From Hormoscilla sp. (lineage in GTDB: Bacteria; Cyanobacteriota; Cyanobacteriia; Cyanobacteriales; Desertifilaceae), in NCBI GenBank assembly GCA_051439505.1, contig JBFRWI010000156.1:1-11714 (forward strand): a DNA stretch of 11,714 nt. The letters run 5' to 3'. Both the position numbers and the translations under genes were made by a program. The notes beneath the pieces were generated by a model. It did not search any database and was not told the DNA's origin. It saw nothing but the letters and a program-made list of their open reading frames with translations. This document shows positions 9,065-11,714 of this stretch, one piece after another (the first letter of the stretch is position 1; every line of letters starts with the position of its first letter).

Positions 9065-9126
9065 TGCTAATTGTTCATTGCTAATTGTTCATTGCTAATT
9101 GCTAATCGCTAATCGCTAATTGCTAA
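9057..9126. repeat. mixed heptamer array (TTGTTCA/TTGCTAA/TCGCTAA), 10 units
   Basis: Units read directly; the array overlaps the lpxB start codon. Confidence 0.9.
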
Positions 9127-9177
9127 TTGCCTATCAACGATTGTCCATTCTCAATGGGTGTGGTCATGCATTTGTTG

Positions 9178-9420
9178 CAGCGGGGGATCTCCCCTTCTTC
9201 ACTTCTTAATTATTTAAAAATGCGCAGGAGAACCCTGCCACAGGGCTCTCCTTGTGGAGTCGAAGTGAGCGATTTAGAGATTTACCTGACCCGGAGTTAC
9301 GCAAAAAGCGCCTCAGAACCGTTGTTTAACCCAAGTGGGGCGCTTTTTTTTGCGCAGTCCGGGCCGGGCATCCCTGGTTTCGCTTGGGCTTGTGTTACGT
9401 TGACTTTCCAAGCCCCCATG
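9178..9420 (-). other. highly structured segment: nested IS4-derived MITE-like repeat or ncRNA
   Basis: Hairpins at 9386-9415, 9268-9384 (117 nt) and 9226-9252; imperfect termini CATGGGGG / CAGCGGGGG. From memory it resembles a cyanobacterial IS4-end-related repeat (GGGGCTTGGAAAGTCAAC); not verified. Confidence 0.5.
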
Positions 9421-9439
9421 AACCAATATTGCTAAATAT

Positions 9440-9469
9440 AGTATAGCTAACGGGAGTGGAATTTGTCAA
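9440..9469 (-). promoter_or_regulatory. near-consensus sigma70 promoter inside the element, facing lpxB
   Basis: TTGACA (9469-9464), 18-nt spacer, TATACT (9445-9440). Confidence 0.65.
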
Positions 9470-9656
9470 GGGTTTAGGAAATTTTTTTCCCTCTCATGGG
9501 ATATTTATTTGATCTTCATATCACTTTTCTACCGTCACACAACGGGTGTGGCTCATTTGTAGTCGATCGGGAAGAAACCCGGGGTTCGAGAGGAGTTACC
9601 GGGTTTCATGCTCACGGGCCTGCCCCTCTACCAACCGGTGCAAGACCACACCCTTC

Positions 9657-10484
9657 TCAATTGTCCATTTTCAATTGTCCATTCTCAATTTTTCTTTTTC
9701 CGGGAATGGGACCGCGACGGCCTTCCGTAAGAGACGATCGCATGAACTGGTGCAGATGTTGTAATAGTTCGCTATCAGGTAGCAATTCTAGCTGTTCTAG
9801 GGCTTGACGCAAAGTATAATTAGAACGATAGAGTATTCTAAAGGCTTTTTTTAGCAATTCTAACTCCGAGGAAGTCAAACCAGCACGTTTCAGTCCCACC
9901 AGATTGAGCGATCGCACGCGAGAAGGATTTCCCTCCACTAGCATATAGGGTGGCACATCCCGATCGATCCGACTCATGCCCCCCACCATAGCCATGCTAC
10001 CAATATGGACGAATTGATGAATTCCCAACATGCCACCAATCACCGCCCGGGACTCAATTGTTACGTGACCTGCCAAGGCTACAGAATTAGCAATTACCAC
10101 CTCATCCGCGATCGCGCAATTATGGGCCACGTGAACGTAAGCCATCAGCAAATTGCCATTCCCAATGACCGTCATTTCTCCCGCCCGAGTTGCCCGGTTA
10201 ATCGTCACGTATTCGCGGATGCGGTTGCGCGAGCCAATTTTCACCAAGCTAACAGACCCATCATATTTCAGGTCTTGGGGTTCCAAACCAATAGCCGCCC
10301 CCGGAAATATTTTATTGTCTTCTCCAATTTCCGTCCAACCATCGATCGTTACATGGGGCCCGATCGTCGTTCCCGCCCCAATTACAGCATGTTCTCCAAT
10401 GACAGCATAAGGTGCCACCTGCACCGTTGGATGCAGCTTAGCACCTGGATGAATTGCAGCAGTTGGATGAATCAGTGTCGTCAT
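9657..10484 (-). CDS. lpxA: acyl-ACP--UDP-N-acetylglucosamine O-acyltransferase
   Basis: IHPTA hexapeptide repeats, PQDLKY, IREYVTINR, HVAHNC, IHQF, LNLVGLKR. ATG at 10484 with AAGGGA upstream. Confidence 0.97.
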   Translation of the reverse strand: MTTLIHPTAAIHPGAKLHPTVQVAPYAVIGEHAVIGAGTTIGPHVTIDGWTEIGEDNKIFPGAAIGLEPQDLKYDGSVSLVKIGSRNRIREYVTINRATRAGEMTVIGNGNLLMAYVHVAHNCAIADEVVIANSVALAGHVTIESRAVIGGMLGIHQFVHIGSMAMVGGMSRIDRDVPPYMLVEGNPSRVRSLNLVGLKRAGLTSSELELLKKAFRILYRSNYTLRQALEQLELLPDSELLQHLHQFMRSSLTEGRRGPIPGKRKIENGQLKMDN

Positions 10485-10490
10485 TTTTCC

Positions 10491-10562
10491 CTTGCTAATT
10501 GCTAATCGGAATGAACTAGACAATTAACCATTAGCAATTAACCATTAGCAATCAACAATCAA
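10491..10562. repeat. degenerate heptamer repeats in the fabZ-lpxA spacer
   Basis: TTGCTAA units followed by oppositely oriented ATTAACC/ATTAGCA/ATCAACA units. Confidence 0.65.
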
Positions 10563-10569
10563 CCGCTTT

Positions 10570-11076
10570 TTAATCCACGATTGAAAACATCAATTCCGCT
10601 TCTGCCACCTTTTTACCATCTACTTCGGCCAGACATTGCATTTTGCCAAAACGATTCCGCTTGACACTCAGCAGTGTGACAGTGATTACCAATTGGTCCC
10701 CAGGCACCACTGGACGTCGGAACTTAGCCTTATCGATACCAGTTAACATAGATAGTCCTTCGGGACAATTGGGCAACTGAGCGAGTAATACGCCGCATAC
10801 TTGGGCCATTGCTTCGGTAATCAGCACACCTGGCATGATCGGACGCCCTGGGAAATGACCTTGGAAATGGGGTTCATTACAGGTAACATTTTTAATTCCT
10901 ACAGCCTTTTCGCCCGGTACATATTCAATAATCCGGTCTACCAGCAAAAAAGGATAGCGGTGGGGCAGGAGTTTGGTAATCTCTTCGAGGCTGATAACTG
11001 TTTTGGACTTCGCCTCAGCCTCTGGTGGCTGAGTCTTGGCATTCTCGGATGTATTAACTTCGGTTAAACTGGACAT
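10570..11076 (-). CDS. fabZ: 3-hydroxyacyl-ACP dehydratase
   Basis: [46 protein letters not shown] motifs. Confidence 0.98.
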   Translation of the reverse strand: MSSLTEVNTSENAKTQPPEAEAKSKTVISLEEITKLLPHRYPFLLVDRIIEYVPGEKAVGIKNVTCNEPHFQGHFPGRPIMPGVLITEAMAQVCGVLLAQLPNCPEGLSMLTGIDKAKFRRPVVPGDQLVITVTLLSVKRNRFGKMQCLAEVDGKKVAEAELMFSIVD

Positions 11077-11109
11077 AAGTAATTTTTGATTTGCGATCGC
11101 CCGCCTAAT

Positions 11110-11714
11110 TCAATTAGACTGGCAAATTTTTTGGGCAAGTTTGACATGCAGTTGATGGCTGGCTTTGTAGGCCAGGTAATGAGCCACCGGAATGGTTCCC
11201 AGCAAACTCATATCCCCTATTAAGTCTAATAGTTTATGACGCACCGGTTCATTGGCAAATCGCAAAGGCGGATTCAGCCACCCCTCGGCACTACAAACTA
11301 AGGCATTATCCAGAGTACCACCTTTGATTAAGCCCCGATCGCGCAATTGCTGGATTTGGTCTGCCAAACCAAAAGTCCTCGCCGGTGCGATTTCCGTAGC
11401 AAAGTCCTCTGAGACTGGTTCCCAGCTGTGCCATTGATTGCCAATAGCAGGCACGGAAAAGTCAATTCCATAGGTGAAGCGAGTTTTGCTAGCGGGCATG
11501 GCACAGACGAAGGCGTCATCCCGCTGCACCCAAACTGGTTCTGCAATTTGGACCTGGGCCCGGGTGTGGTCAAAAGTAGTTGGAGAGGATCCCCCCCAAA
11601 CCCCCCCTTCCAAAAGGGGGGGGTTCCGGAAGCCCCCCTTTCTAAGGGGGGTTTGGGGGGATCCGGCGACTGGGGTATGCGATGTTCGATCGACGGGTTT
11701 TGACCACAGCTGGG
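11110..11714 (-). CDS. lpxC: UDP-3-O-acyl-GlcNAc deacetylase, 3' part, with in-frame insertion
   Basis: [44 protein letters not shown] motifs. Manual translation shows the frame is open to the window edge. Confidence 0.93.
   Translation of the reverse strand, partial: QLWSKPVDRTSHTPVAGSPQTPLRKGGFRNPPLLEGGVWGGSSPTTFDHTRAQVQIAEPVWVQRDDAFVCAMPASKTRFTYGIDFSVPAIGNQWHSWEPVSEDFATEIAPARTFGLADQIQQLRDRGLIKGGTLDNALVCSAEGWLNPPLRFANEPVRHKLLDLIGDMSLLGTIPVAHYLAYKASHQLHVKLAQKICQSN
11562..11710. mobile_element. GGGTGTGGTC-family miniature element inside lpxC
   Basis: GGTGTGGTCAAAA (11563-11575) and TTTTGACCACAGC (11698-11710) match 12/13 as inverted repeats. CTGGG recurs at 11554 and 11710, 156 nt apart; the putative TSD is cut by the window edge. 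Confidence 0.7.
11587..11664. repeat. 78-bp C/G-run palindromic dispersed repeat
   Basis: GGATCCCCCCCAAACCCCCCCTT...TTCCGGAA...AAGGGGGGTTTGGGGGGATCC, a near-perfect palindrome centred on 11624-11631. Confidence 0.85.

Larger units (their letters stand above)
9156..9653. mobile_element. 498-bp non-autonomous element with 15-bp TIRs and 8-bp TSD
   Basis: GGGTGTGGTCATGCA (9156-9170) and TGCAAGACCACACCC (9639-9653) match 14/15 as inverted repeats. TTCTCAAT is duplicated at 9148-9155 and 9654-9661. No transposase ORF inside. Confidence 0.85.
456..11100. repeat. dispersed HIP1 octamers (GCGATCGC)
   Basis: At least a dozen exact copies (near 456, 880, 1005, 1145, 2013, 4195, 7007, 7229, 7923, 8463, 8924, 9908, 10108, 11093); fewer than one is expected by chance. 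Confidence 0.92.

Noticed and set aside
9127..9807. 102-, 103- and 72-aa + strand ORFs as a transposase or toxin
   Set aside because: No DDE, HUH or toxin motifs; they cross element boundaries and hairpins.
10485..10523. Upstream extension of lpxA
   Set aside because: Derived from heptamer repeats; ATG 10484 has an RBS and matches typical LpxA starts.
11611..11613. TTG at 11613 as the lpxC start
   Set aside because: It lies inside the palindromic insert, the frame stays open upstream and the N-terminal domain is outside the window.

Overview
Cyanobacterial chromosomal window (at least a dozen HIP1 GCGATCGC octamers, heptamer tandem repeats, GTAG-type REP-like palindromes). Mostly housekeeping genes: the start of a dockerin/EF-hand-like protein gene, a repeat-rich 1.4 kb spacer with an alpha/beta-hydrolase remnant, aroC, an MBL-fold hydrolase, a small conserved cyanobacterial protein, ribokinase, a PhoD-family phosphatase with no visible export signal, a DUF2809-like membrane protein, a hypothetical membrane/HTH protein and the lipid A cluster lpxC(partial)-fabZ-lpxA-lpxB. 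The most interesting signal is a family of non-autonomous elements with GGGTGTGGTC termini that appears to have hit the lpx cluster twice. One copy (9156-9653, 15-bp TIRs, exact 8-bp target duplication) lies between lpxA and lpxB and carries a near-consensus sigma70 promoter upstream of a highly structured ~245-nt segment. The other (~11562-11710) sits in frame inside lpxC and adds 52 codons, including a nested 78-bp palindrome.
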